The notes below the pieces were generated by a model. The model made no database searches. It was given only the letters and a program-made list of their open reading frames with translations, and was not told the DNA's origin. Position numbers and translations under genes: made by a program. Shown piece after piece: positions 1-8,967 of a DNA stretch of 25,894 nt. How positions within the stretch are numbered: the stretch's first letter is position 1; each line of letters opens with the position of its first letter. The DNA comes from an uncultured archaeon (lineage in GTDB: Archaea; Asgardarchaeota; Lokiarchaeia; Sigyniarchaeales; SOKP01), in the NCBI GenBank assembly GCA_964493715.1, contig CAZBPC010000046.1:1-25894 (forward strand), written 5' to 3'.

Positions 1-2
1 TG

Positions 3-434
3 AATAAAGGCAACTTAAAAATTGTACATATTCGTAAAGGAAATATCATTTATTCCGCTGGATCGACTATTGAAATGCAATTCCAATTATTAGAAGCAAT
101 TATTGAGCAAGTATCAATTGAATTTAATAAAAAATATGCTGTAGATTATATATTATCGTATGATAATTTTTCTCCTGGTATTTTTAATAAATTTGAAGTT
201 GAGATAGAAAATATGTTATCCAATTTTGAGGGATTAGATTTGGTAAAAGTAATTAATATTCCTTGTATGATTTGTAATGTTATAAAACCATTAATTGTGA
301 AAAAAAGTTTCATCAAAAATTCAGAATCTTATCCAGTTCCCATCGTTTACACCCATAATGGTCATGCGGTCTTATGTTTTATTGATAAGAATTTTGACGT
401 ACGGGGTATAGAATTAGTCCATATAACAGGATAA
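3..434 (+). CDS. 5'-truncated hypothetical protein: longin-like region followed by a small putative Zn-binding domain (CxxC...HxxH)
   Basis: The frame is open from base 3 (NKGNLKIVHIRKGNIIYSAGSTIEM...), so the gene starts before the window rather than at ATG 75. The beta-beta-alpha-alpha pattern resembles longin domains. The C-terminus has CMIC...YPVPIVYTHNGH...FIDKNFDVRG. Confidence 0.7.
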   Translation, partial: NKGNLKIVHIRKGNIIYSAGSTIEMQFQLLEAIIEQVSIEFNKKYAVDYILSYDNFSPGIFNKFEVEIENMLSNFEGLDLVKVINIPCMICNVIKPLIVKKSFIKNSESYPVPIVYTHNGHAVLCFIDKNFDVRGIELVHITG

Positions 435-482
435 TATCGTCCAATCAAAAAAACCCTAAATAATATTTTTCTGTGAATAAAA

Positions 483-1559
483 ATGTCAGAAAAGAAAATT
501 GATGAGGAAGATCCAGAGCTTTTTTATGAATGTGTTCTAAGGAAAACAAAAACAGGTATCACCTTTCCTAAAGATCTCAGAGATTTACTATTTGAAGAAG
601 ATCAAGATATATTCTTTCGTTTATCAATTCCTGTAAATCAAGATAAAATAATTCTAGAAGTAATATCCGAAGAAGAAGCATCGCAATTATCCGAAAAATT
701 GAAGGTTGAAAAACCAAAAGTAGAAACTCTTCCCAAAGAGGTAAGAAAGATGAAATCTAAAACTGCCAGAGCACCTAATTGGGGTGATTATTTTATTTAT
801 GATTTTAAGAATAAGGATAAGGTGAAACCAATTTTAGAATCGGCATTTTACAAATTCGGAGAAAAGCCGATTAATATTGAAGATGCTATGGGCAGAATTA
901 AGTATGTGTTGGTTTCTTTTCTAACTTCTACAAAAACCGAAAATTCTAAACTATATTATACTGTCGAAAGATTTTTGATTGATATAATAAAACAATATGA
1001 CCAAGTTAATTTGTTAGATTGGATTTTTGAAATGATAATTCCACGGATTGAATCAAAGTTTCTTTATGAACTAGCACTCTTAGATTTGGTAGAAATATCA
1101 ATTATTATGCAGCGTTATGAAAAAGCGGAGCTTTATATTTTTTATGTACTCAAAAATATAGATGATTATCCAAAATCAGAAATGTATAACATAATGAACA
1201 GTTTTAAGCAATTGGTAAAAAATCTAAAATACGTACAAAGATCTGATAAAATTGATCTATTATTAAAAGAGAAGTTGATGGAATATGGAGAAGGAGTAAG
1301 TGATACTGATTATAAGATACAAATTGTGGAATTTTTGGAGGATTTACAATATATTGAATTGGCATATAATCTCGCAAAAAAAATACAATTAGGATTACCG
1401 CAAGATAGCATGCGATTGGAGAGTGTGAGAAGATTAGTAAGAAGGCTACACTCTGCTCCAATAGCAGAAAATAAGCCAGAATCAAGCGTGGATTTTGATG
1501 AGTCAGATGAAGAAAAGCCAGATGATGAAGAAATAGATGATGAAGATAATTTAGATTAA
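483..1559 (+). CDS. Hypothetical protein with an N-terminal AbrB/SpoVT-like domain, an alpha-helical (solenoid-like) body and an acidic tail
   Basis: 358-aa ORF. KTKTGITFPKDLRDLL followed by beta strands and 'DKIILE' resembles the AbrB swapped hairpin (GqItIPKEiR..l). The C-terminus is D/E-rich (DFDESDEEKPDDEEIDDEDNLD). Confidence 0.6.
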   Translation: MSEKKIDEEDPELFYECVLRKTKTGITFPKDLRDLLFEEDQDIFFRLSIPVNQDKIILEVISEEEASQLSEKLKVEKPKVETLPKEVRKMKSKTARAPNWGDYFIYDFKNKDKVKPILESAFYKFGEKPINIEDAMGRIKYVLVSFLTSTKTENSKLYYTVERFLIDIIKQYDQVNLLDWIFEMIIPRIESKFLYELALLDLVEISIIMQRYEKAELYIFYVLKNIDDYPKSEMYNIMNSFKQLVKNLKYVQRSDKIDLLLKEKLMEYGEGVSDTDYKIQIVEFLEDLQYIELAYNLAKKIQLGLPQDSMRLESVRRLVRRLHSAPIAENKPESSVDFDESDEEKPDDEEIDDEDNLD

Positions 1560-1560
1560 C

Positions 1561-2766
1561 TTACTCATTTTCTTGTTTCCTTTTTTCTTCTTCTAAATCT
1601 TTAAAAATTTCTTCGGCACGTTCTAATTCTGTTTCTCTAAGTTTCTTTTCCTTTTGTTCAATTTTTTTCTGTTGCATTTCAATTTCTACATTTGATAGCT
1701 CTGATTCTTTTTCCAATAATTCTTCTTTAATTTTGAGTGTCTTTTCTCTTTCCTGAATAGAAATCTCTTCAAATTCTTTTTCTTTTAATTCAATTTCAAG
1801 TTTCTTCTTTTTTATCTCAATATCTTTCTTTTTAAGCTCAATTTCTTTATCAAAGATTTCATTTTCATCTTTTTTGATTTGTTTCTTTATTTTTTTTGGT
1901 AAATCTTCAAGGTCAGGAATAGTCTCAACTTCCCTCTCAATCATTTCTTCTTTAAATTTCAAACTTTTTTCTTTTTCTTTCATCAGTTTTTCTTCAAGTT
2001 CAAGTTTCTTTTTCTTCAGCTCGATCTCCTTCTTCTTTAGTTCAATTTCTTTATCAGTTATTTCGTTTTCTTCTTTTTCAATGATCTCTGATTTAGTAAG
2101 TTCTTCTTCAACCATTCCTTCAATTTGATCAACTGAAACTATCGCTTTTAGTACTAAATCAGCTGCTTGTTTTAATTTTTCATTTTCTGTATCTTCTTTT
2201 ACTTTATTCGTTAGAATTCTTGTAACTATAGAGGGGTTAGATTTACCAATTACTTTAAGGGTTTGAATTGCTTTTTCCACAATAAATTCTTTTTCATCAG
2301 TTAATTTATTAGAAATTGAGTTAATAAGCGACTCATCATCGATGCTTTTATTTCCTCCTGCTATAAAAATAGCCAACTGTAATGCCGCCTCACGAATATT
2401 AGGATCCTCTGAATTTATTAAATCTTCGATGAAAGGCATAAATAAATCACATTCATTTTCACAAAAAGGTTTTAATAAAAGGAGGAATGAATATCTTAAG
2501 ACAGAGTCTCTTTTTGATAAATTTTCCAATAATGAGGGCAAATCAATAATAAGTTCCTCAATTAAAAACCTTAAAACAGTTCTACCTCCATGCTGAGTTA
2601 ATAATGTTTCCATTAGGTTTTCTAATCGATCTAAATAATCTTCATCAGTAGCATCGCCTAAATATAATGCAATTATTTGAACAACATCATCAAATCTATC
2701 ATCGCGGATGAAATCTTTAATTTTAGTTAATTCTGGATCTTGTTCTTTATTTTTTTCTTCACCCAT
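1561..2766 (-). CDS. HEAT/ARM-repeat protein with a long C-terminal K/E-rich coiled coil
   Basis: HEAT-like units (LINSEDPNIREAALQL; LTDEKEFIVEKAIQTLKVIG) in the N-terminal half. The C-terminal ~175 aa are dominated by K/E/L/I heptads. Confidence 0.8.
   Translation of the reverse strand: MGEEKNKEQDPELTKIKDFIRDDRFDDVVQIIALYLGDATDEDYLDRLENLMETLLTQHGGRTVLRFLIEELIIDLPSLLENLSKRDSVLRYSFLLLLKPFCENECDLFMPFIEDLINSEDPNIREAALQLAIFIAGGNKSIDDESLINSISNKLTDEKEFIVEKAIQTLKVIGKSNPSIVTRILTNKVKEDTENEKLKQAADLVLKAIVSVDQIEGMVEEELTKSEIIEKEENEITDKEIELKKKEIELKKKKLELEEKLMKEKEKSLKFKEEMIEREVETIPDLEDLPKKIKKQIKKDENEIFDKEIELKKKDIEIKKKKLEIELKEKEFEEISIQEREKTLKIKEELLEKESELSNVEIEMQQKKIEQKEKKLRETELERAEEIFKDLEEEKRKQENE
1700..2075 (-). 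repeat. Intragenic tandem duplication (period ~68 codons) in the coiled-coil region
   Basis: EENEITDKEIELKKKEIELKKKKLELE...KEKEKSLKFKEE versus DENEIFDKEIELKKKDIEIKKKKLEIE...QEREKTLKIKEE. The copies start near 2073 and 1869. Boundaries are approximate. Confidence 0.7.
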
Positions 2767-2792
2767 ACTTGAATATCACTTCTTTTTATTAT

Positions 2793-3743
2793 TCATGCCC
2801 ATATTATGTAAAAATCATTATAAATCCGATAAATAATGTTAAAAATTAATTTCAAATCTCTATATCTCAATAAATTTTTTCTATCTAAATCTTTAGAATT
2901 CACATCAAGGTGAATTTTTATGACTAAATCTTCATGTTTATTAATATATATATTAATTTCTTGACAATATTGACTTAAAGCGTCAAGATCACTTGAAAAA
3001 ATATTCCAAAAATAATCATCAATTTTGTCATTTTTTGATTCAGGTGGTTCTTTGCTCACATTTAGTAAAATATCTTCGGGAATTATGCTTTTGATTTCTA
3101 TAAGATTATCAATTCCTAATTTTAATGTGAATTCTGGAAAGTAGAGTCGAGCGAATAAGTCACATATTCCTTTTAGTAATTCTACATCAGTTATGTTATC
3201 CCTATTAGCATTAGATAATACATAATTTTCATTAATAAACATTACGTGAATCTTTTCCTCAAATTTGAATATCATAAAATTTTCTTTATCTGTTAATAAA
3301 TATTGAAAATGTTCGTCCCTATTATTAATTCTATCGTTAAATATTTTAATACAATCACGAAACTGTCTCTTAGAAAAATATTGATTTAATTTACGATAAT
3401 CGCCATGAAAAAAAACATCTAAGAAATCAATTGTGTATAAATAAGCATCAGTTGGCTTATAGACAACCGTTTTATTGTGCAAATCTCGAAAAATAATGTT
3501 CTTATGAACACTATAGCAAAATTTAGGCTGATCCTCCAATGTTAATTTGTTTAATAATCTTAATTTCAAGAGCCATCTTTGTCTGCATTTTGGCTGAAGT
3601 GTGCAAGCAATTCGATCAATTTGGCAATCTTCAAAGCAAAGTTGGTTTATCCTTTTGACCATTAATTCAGTTAGCTCATCAATTTCCTTATCCAACTGAG
3701 AATCCCTTAGTAAATTCCTTAAGTGATGTGATGATAAAGGCAT
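2793..3743 (-). CDS. Hypothetical protein with an N-terminal Cys cluster
   Basis: 316-aa ORF with normal composition. It contains CFEDC-x5-ACTLQPKC...FC. I recognise no family. Confidence 0.75.
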   Translation of the reverse strand: MPLSSHHLRNLLRDSQLDKEIDELTELMVKRINQLCFEDCQIDRIACTLQPKCRQRWLLKLRLLNKLTLEDQPKFCYSVHKNIIFRDLHNKTVVYKPTDAYLYTIDFLDVFFHGDYRKLNQYFSKRQFRDCIKIFNDRINNRDEHFQYLLTDKENFMIFKFEEKIHVMFINENYVLSNANRDNITDVELLKGICDLFARLYFPEFTLKLGIDNLIEIKSIIPEDILLNVSKEPPESKNDKIDDYFWNIFSSDLDALSQYCQEINIYINKHEDLVIKIHLDVNSKDLDRKNLLRYRDLKLIFNIIYRIYNDFYIIWA

Positions 3744-3988
3744 TAAATCGATTAGAAAATTTTAATATTCACGAATTTAATTCTAATAAGACATCAAGAT
3801 AAAAAAAATCTTTCATTTCAAATAATTAAGTTCTAATATTTACCTCTTGCATGGAATGATTCTGAAGTTACCCTTACTTGATGCTAAAACTTTTAGGCTT
3901 ATATGATATTAACATATATTAATAAGAATTTTTTATATTCTATATAAAGAATATTTGATATCCTTTAATTAGCTTTTAACTGAAGATC

Positions 3989-5536
3989 ATGTTGAGACAA
4001 ATTCACATATTTCATAAAAAGTTATGTATCTTTAATTATTCTTATGCAATGGGTCTTGGAGACGAAGAATTAACAAATGTTATAAAAATCATACAATCTC
4101 ATATAGATATGCCAATACCTGGAAAAACATTTCAACGTACTGTTACTAATTATCAAATATTCCATCGTACGAGTAATGGGGTGTTGTTCATGTTTGTAAC
4201 TGATCTTATAGATCAACTTAATAGAGTCGAACCTATAATTCTTGAAACAATTGAAAAATTCAATGAAATATTTGAGTTACCAAATGAGATTTTGGAATCT
4301 GAGTCTCAACAAAAAAAATTTATTGAATATTTGAGACCATTGCAGCATAAACTTAATTCTAAAATAGCAATCATTGGTCCAACTAATGCTGGAAAGACAG
4401 AACTATTCTACATGCTTAAAAAAGGAGAAACTAAGGAAATATTAAATTTTGCTGTTGTGTCAAAATACATTATAAATAATCTTAATTTTGATCTATGGGA
4501 TTTTCAATTGAAAGATAATTTCTCACTTCTCTGGACTAAATTTATAAGTGGTTCTGATCTCATAATTCTCTTGTTTGATCTCTCTAATTATCACTTAAGT
4601 GTGATTGAACATTTTAAAACCTTACAAAAACAAGAAGGAAATCTATCCAAACTTTTAATTATTGGTAATAAGCGAGATCTTGTTAAAGATATTGATATAA
4701 AATTAATTAAAAATGAATTGGATATGGATGATTTTTTTGAATTATCTTTAGTTGATCCAGATGTAAAACGACAAATCGATCTAATTATCTCAAATACACT
4801 TAACCTTAAAGAAACCCTTCCCGATGACTTTCAAGAAATGGTAAAACAAGCAGAAAGGTTAGAATTAGAGGGAAAATTTGTATTTTCAATAGTAAAGTAT
4901 AAAGAATTGATTAAAATTTCGGATCAATACCAAGATCTAAGCAATATTCAAATATTTAAAGATAAAGTAAAAGAGATTCAATCTAAAATTGAAGAACAAA
5001 CTAAATTAAGGAAAATTCGTGAAAGTAAGCAGAAGTTTAAAATACCTGGAAAAATTTCATTTTCTCAAAAACCAATGGTTAAAAGCTTACCTACAAGTCA
5101 AATAAGAGATATAACAGAATCCTTTACGCAAGAAATTCCCACATCCCCAAAAGAAGAAAATAATATCAGTCAGGAAGCGTCAAAAATTGAAGATCTCACT
5201 CTATTTACTAAAGAAGATAATAAAAAGAAAGCTCAATTTTTAACCCCTGATGATATTAAAATTAAAATTAAACCAAAACAAAAAGAATTCAAAATAGATA
5301 AACCAAAAGAGAACATGGATTTCATAATTGAAAAATCAATTGATGATCAAGCAATTAGTAATATTAATTACCCTTCAGAGTTACAAAAATTGATTGAACA
5401 AAAGGGAAGTTCGTTAAGCATCATTTTATGTAAACAATTAATTAATGATTTACAAACAGCATTGTCTCGTTCCATTACAACTGAAGATCTTGAAATGGTT
5501 GCTGATGTATTCGTAAAGAACGAATTAAAGATCTAA
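3989..5536 (+). CDS. Longin-like domain fused to a degenerate Ras-superfamily small GTPase, with helical C-terminal domains
   Basis: P-loop GPTNAGKT, G3 region DLWDFQL (lacks the DxxG Gly), LLFD, G4 GNKRD and G5-like ELSL. The N-terminal ~120 aa follow a longin pattern (MLRQIHIFH...VLFMFVTD...FNEIF). Confidence 0.8.
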   Translation: MLRQIHIFHKKLCIFNYSYAMGLGDEELTNVIKIIQSHIDMPIPGKTFQRTVTNYQIFHRTSNGVLFMFVTDLIDQLNRVEPIILETIEKFNEIFELPNEILESESQQKKFIEYLRPLQHKLNSKIAIIGPTNAGKTELFYMLKKGETKEILNFAVVSKYIINNLNFDLWDFQLKDNFSLLWTKFISGSDLIILLFDLSNYHLSVIEHFKTLQKQEGNLSKLLIIGNKRDLVKDIDIKLIKNELDMDDFFELSLVDPDVKRQIDLIISNTLNLKETLPDDFQEMVKQAERLELEGKFVFSIVKYKELIKISDQYQDLSNIQIFKDKVKEIQSKIEEQTKLRKIRESKQKFKIPGKISFSQKPMVKSLPTSQIRDITESFTQEIPTSPKEENNISQEASKIEDLTLFTKEDNKKKAQFLTPDDIKIKIKPKQKEFKIDKPKENMDFIIEKSIDDQAISNINYPSELQKLIEQKGSSLSIILCKQLINDLQTALSRSITTEDLEMVADVFVKNELKI

Positions 5537-5550
5537 TTTCTTATTTTCTA

Positions 5551-7011
5551 TTAAAAAAGTATGTAAGAAAAGATATTTAAGAAAAATAAGCAATTAATTA
5601 TTAAAAATAAAACTAAAGTAAAGAGCAATACGATTTTATTCTCAATACTTATATCCGATAAATCTGGCTCTCTCTTTTCTGTTTCAAGAATTTTATTATT
5701 GAAAGATTCAAGAGTAATGGTTGCTATCGTTATTAGAGAAATAATATTATATATTAAGAGCAAAACTATCACAACTACAATGAGAAAAATAAATGCTGAA
5801 AAGGATTGTGCTTCTGGAAGGTTCAAAACTTCAATTAATATCCAAAAAGAATAAAAACTTAATGGAAATGCGATTAATACCCCTGTAATATATAATAAAT
5901 AATGCAATAATTTTGAATAAATCCTACCATTCTCTTGAATATTGACATCATCTTCATATATTAAGATAATCGGATGTAAAGCAAAAAGTAATACCATTTT
6001 AACTAAGATAAATAAAGAAAAAATTAAGAAAAGACCGTTTAAATACGTCTGTTTTACATAACTAGGTATTAATAGTGAGATAGAGAGTAGCATTAAGAAA
6101 TTATTAAAATCTCCTGTTATTGAATACCCTATTATTTTTTTAAGAGAAAACGATTGTTCTTCAAAAGAAAAGAATAATTCTTTTAATATAACATAGAAAA
6201 AAACAACAATACCCAAGATTGAAATGACTGTTATAATTAAACCATACCCCAATGACAGAAACTCAAAGAATTGAAACGATCTAAATAAACTGAAAGTTAC
6301 CGAAAAATTTATCATAAAATAAAATAGCAAGTTATAATAAGATCCATCTTGAAATGCTTTTTTTAAATGGAATATTCCAAATGGAAATATCCCACATGGT
6401 ATTCCAAAGCCAATTATAATCAGCAAAATATAAATAATATTCAGTTCACTCGATGGTCCAATATTTATTATTTCAATGATATTAATCGTTCCAGTATCTA
6501 AAAAAATAATAATGCTGAATATATAGAGTGAAACCAGACTAATTCCAATAGATAGAAAATATGGAATACAATTTTTAAAATCAATAGCTAACTCCCCATA
6601 AAAAAGATTAACCCCTAATAAAATGAGAACAAAAGCGAGCCATGAAATTAAAATTAACAAATGGGAAGATGATACTATTCCCATAATTCCAGCTAAAATT
6701 AAAAGTAAAATTCCATCATAAATTGGTTTGTTTATTGATTTTTTATTTTTGGCAATTATAGCATAAAACATCCCTCCCAATAGTATAAACTCTACAATGA
6801 GCAAAACATTTCCATCAACAATTAGATAGAACTCATAAAATTGTAAATTCATTAATAATGCTGAAAACAAGGAAAATGTATTTATAATTAGTGAGGAGAA
6901 TATTATCCAAAATATAATTTTCTTTCTAATTAGTTGTTGCTTTATAAAAAAGATGGATATTCCGCATACTAAAATAACGATTAATTGAATTAATAATAAA
7001 TTTGCTAGCAT
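5551..7011 (-). CDS. Proton-conducting membrane transporter family protein (NuoL/M/N, MrpA/D-like), divergent
   Basis: About 14 hydrophobic segments, with GFGIPCGIFPF (cf. GFGxKxGxxPF), DTGTINI and LKKIIGYS (cf. LKRLLAYS). I moved the start from 7071 to ATG 7011 (MLANLL...). This removes the overlap with the upstream gene and places an SD-like GAGTTGA just upstream. Confidence 0.7.
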   Translation of the reverse strand: MLANLLLIQLIVILVCGISIFFIKQQLIRKKIIFWIIFSSLIINTFSLFSALLMNLQFYEFYLIVDGNVLLIVEFILLGGMFYAIIAKNKKSINKPIYDGILLLILAGIMGIVSSSHLLILISWLAFVLILLGVNLFYGELAIDFKNCIPYFLSIGISLVSLYIFSIIIFLDTGTINIIEIINIGPSSELNIIYILLIIIGFGIPCGIFPFGIFHLKKAFQDGSYYNLLFYFMINFSVTFSLFRSFQFFEFLSLGYGLIITVISILGIVVFFYVILKELFFSFEEQSFSLKKIIGYSITGDFNNFLMLLSISLLIPSYVKQTYLNGLFLIFSLFILVKMVLLFALHPIILIYEDDVNIQENGRIYSKLLHYLLYITGVLIAFPLSFYSFWILIEVLNLPEAQSFSAFIFLIVVVIVLLLIYNIISLITIATITLESFNNKILETEKREPDLSDISIENKIVLLFTLVLFLIINCLFFLNIFSYILF

Positions 7012-7024
7012 GATCAACTCTTTT

Positions 7025-7318
7025 TTATGATACTTGTTCCGTGGTTTCTTCTTCTTGAAATATAGAATCACTATTAAATAGAGAATGCAATGGTTTAATT
7101 ATCTCAAAAACGAAAAGAAGAAGAATTGTACATAATGTAAACGTAATTATAAAATTAATAATAGGTGCATTGAGTAATATATTAAATAAGATTAATAAAA
7201 CGAGTAAACTCATTGAAATCGATAAAATGGAAGTGTAATTTTTTATTTTTCTTGTTAAATAAAAATAAAGGCTAATTAAAAAAACAACGACAATAATACT
7301 AACAATTATTTCTATCAT
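7025..7318 (-). CDS. Small 3-TM membrane protein, probably co-transcribed with the antiporter-like gene
   Basis: 97 aa with three hydrophobic segments and an acidic tail. It ends 13 bp before the ATG at 7011. Confidence 0.65.
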   Translation of the reverse strand: MIEIIVSIIVVVFLISLYFYLTRKIKNYTSILSISMSLLVLLILFNILLNAPIINFIITFTLCTILLLFVFEIIKPLHSLFNSDSIFQEEETTEQVS

Positions 7319-7467
7319 TCTTTCATTTCTCTTCTTATTGATCTTATAATAATTAACATCACGATTATAAAAAAGTTAATTATAGTAGATCTTTATCAAA
7401 TGACAAACTTTTTTTTTCTCTTCACACTAAGAAGCTTAGTTTTTATTGTTTTTACAAGGTAAATAAT

Positions 7468-8967
7468 ATGACTGCTATTGACGATTTAAAAGATTATTTT
7501 ACAGAAATTAAAAGATTAAGTTATGTGGGCTCATTGCTAGGTTGGGATCAGGAAACCTACATGCCAAGAGGTTCGGTATCTGGAAGAGCAAAACAACTTT
7601 CCTTGGTACAAAAATTAATTCATCAGAGATTAACCTCACCAGAGGTCGGTAAATTAATTCAGAAGGCAAAGAAGATTAATAACTTAAACGATATAGACGC
7701 AGCAATGATAAGAGAATCAGAGAGAGAATATTTACACGCGACAAAATTGCCCGAAAGATTAGTAACAGATATTACTGAAACGAGTTCCCAAGCGGTTGAA
7801 GCTTGGAGAAAAGCGAGAGAAGAGAAAAAATTCAAAGGATCTGATTTTGAACCTTTGTTAGAAAAGAATGTGGCTTTGCAAATAGAACAAGCAGAAAAAC
7901 TTGAAACTCATCCCGATTTATACTCAACATTAATAGATCTATACGAACCTGGAGCAACATATAATTGGATTGCTAATATATTTAATAAGATTAAACCAAA
8001 ATTAGTTGATTTTGTTAAAAAATTAGATTCTTCCTCAAATAAGCCTAAACAAGATATTTTAAGAAAAAAATATAATGAGAATGATCAATTTAAACTGAGT
8101 GTTGAGATGATTAAGAAACTCAATTTTGATCTCAATCATGGTCGTCAAGATAGATCAACTCATCCCTTCACAAGTTCTCTTTCTTCGGTAGATACTAGAA
8201 TTACAACTAGAACTACTGAGAATTTTCTTAACGAATGTATATTTGGAACTATACATGAATGTGGTCATGCTTTATATGATATGGGTTTTAAAAAAGAAAT
8301 TCATGATACAATATTAGCTGATGGATGTTCAATGGGTATTCATGAGAGTCAATCAAGAATGTGGGAAAATATCGTTGGTCGAAGTAAGGAATTTTGGCAA
8401 TATTGGTATCCTACATTTCAAAAATATTTCCCAGAAAATTTAAGTAATTATCCAATGGAAGAATTTCATAGAGCAGTAAATGTAGTAAAACCATCCTTCA
8501 TTCGAGTAAACGCTGATGAAGTTACTTACGGATTGCATATAATTCTGCGATTTGAAATAGAAAAAGATCTAATTGAAGGAAAAATCCAAGTAAATGAACT
8601 AGCTGACGTATGGAATTCAAAGTTTGAAGAACTTTTAGGATTAACTCCAGCGGATGATGCTGAAGGAGTATTACAAGACATTCATTGGAGTTGGGGATCA
8701 ATTGGATACTTTCCAACTTATTTCTTAGGAAGTATGTACGCTTCACAAATCTACAGTGACGCACTTAAAAAGAGACCCACTTTGCCAGAAGAGTATGCAA
8801 AAGGTGAATTTTCTAATTTACTCACTTATCTTAGAGAAAACGTCCATCAGTATGGCAGTATTTATAGGGCAAATGACCTAATTAAAAGAATAACTGGTGA
8901 AGATCTAAATCCAGATTACTTCTTAAAATATATTGAGAATAAATTCTATCCAATCTATGGAATTTGA
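7468..8967 (+). CDS. Carboxypeptidase, peptidase family M32 (Taq/PfuCP type)
   Basis: LGWDQETYMP, HPF, DTRITTR, zinc motif HECGH, HESQSRMWEN, IRVNADE, LQDIHWS and GYFPTY. The length of 499 aa is typical. Confidence 0.96.
   Translation: MTAIDDLKDYFTEIKRLSYVGSLLGWDQETYMPRGSVSGRAKQLSLVQKLIHQRLTSPEVGKLIQKAKKINNLNDIDAAMIRESEREYLHATKLPERLVTDITETSSQAVEAWRKAREEKKFKGSDFEPLLEKNVALQIEQAEKLETHPDLYSTLIDLYEPGATYNWIANIFNKIKPKLVDFVKKLDSSSNKPKQDILRKKYNENDQFKLSVEMIKKLNFDLNHGRQDRSTHPFTSSLSSVDTRITTRTTENFLNECIFGTIHECGHALYDMGFKKEIHDTILADGCSMGIHESQSRMWENIVGRSKEFWQYWYPTFQKYFPENLSNYPMEEFHRAVNVVKPSFIRVNADEVTYGLHIILRFEIEKDLIEGKIQVNELADVWNSKFEELLGLTPADDAEGVLQDIHWSWGSIGYFPTYFLGSMYASQIYSDALKKRPTLPEEYAKGEFSNLLTYLRENVHQYGSIYRANDLIKRITGEDLNPDYFLKYIENKFYPIYGI

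Noticed and set aside
1874-2596. Plus-strand ORFs 1874..2128 and 2342..2596
   Set aside because: Antisense shadows of the HEAT/coiled-coil gene. The F/S-rich text is the reverse complement of K/E codons.
3841-3900. Slightly more GC-rich intergenic patch containing ATGAT and CTGA (box C/D-like)
   Set aside because: The boxes are adjacent rather than spaced as in C/D sRNAs, there is no full RUGAUGA and no terminal stem.
7012-7071. N-terminal extension MILYFKKKKPRNKYHKKELI of the antiporter-like ORF
   Set aside because: It overlaps the upstream gene's 3' end and uses a non-ATG start. ATG 7011 has an SD-like motif and begins the first TM.
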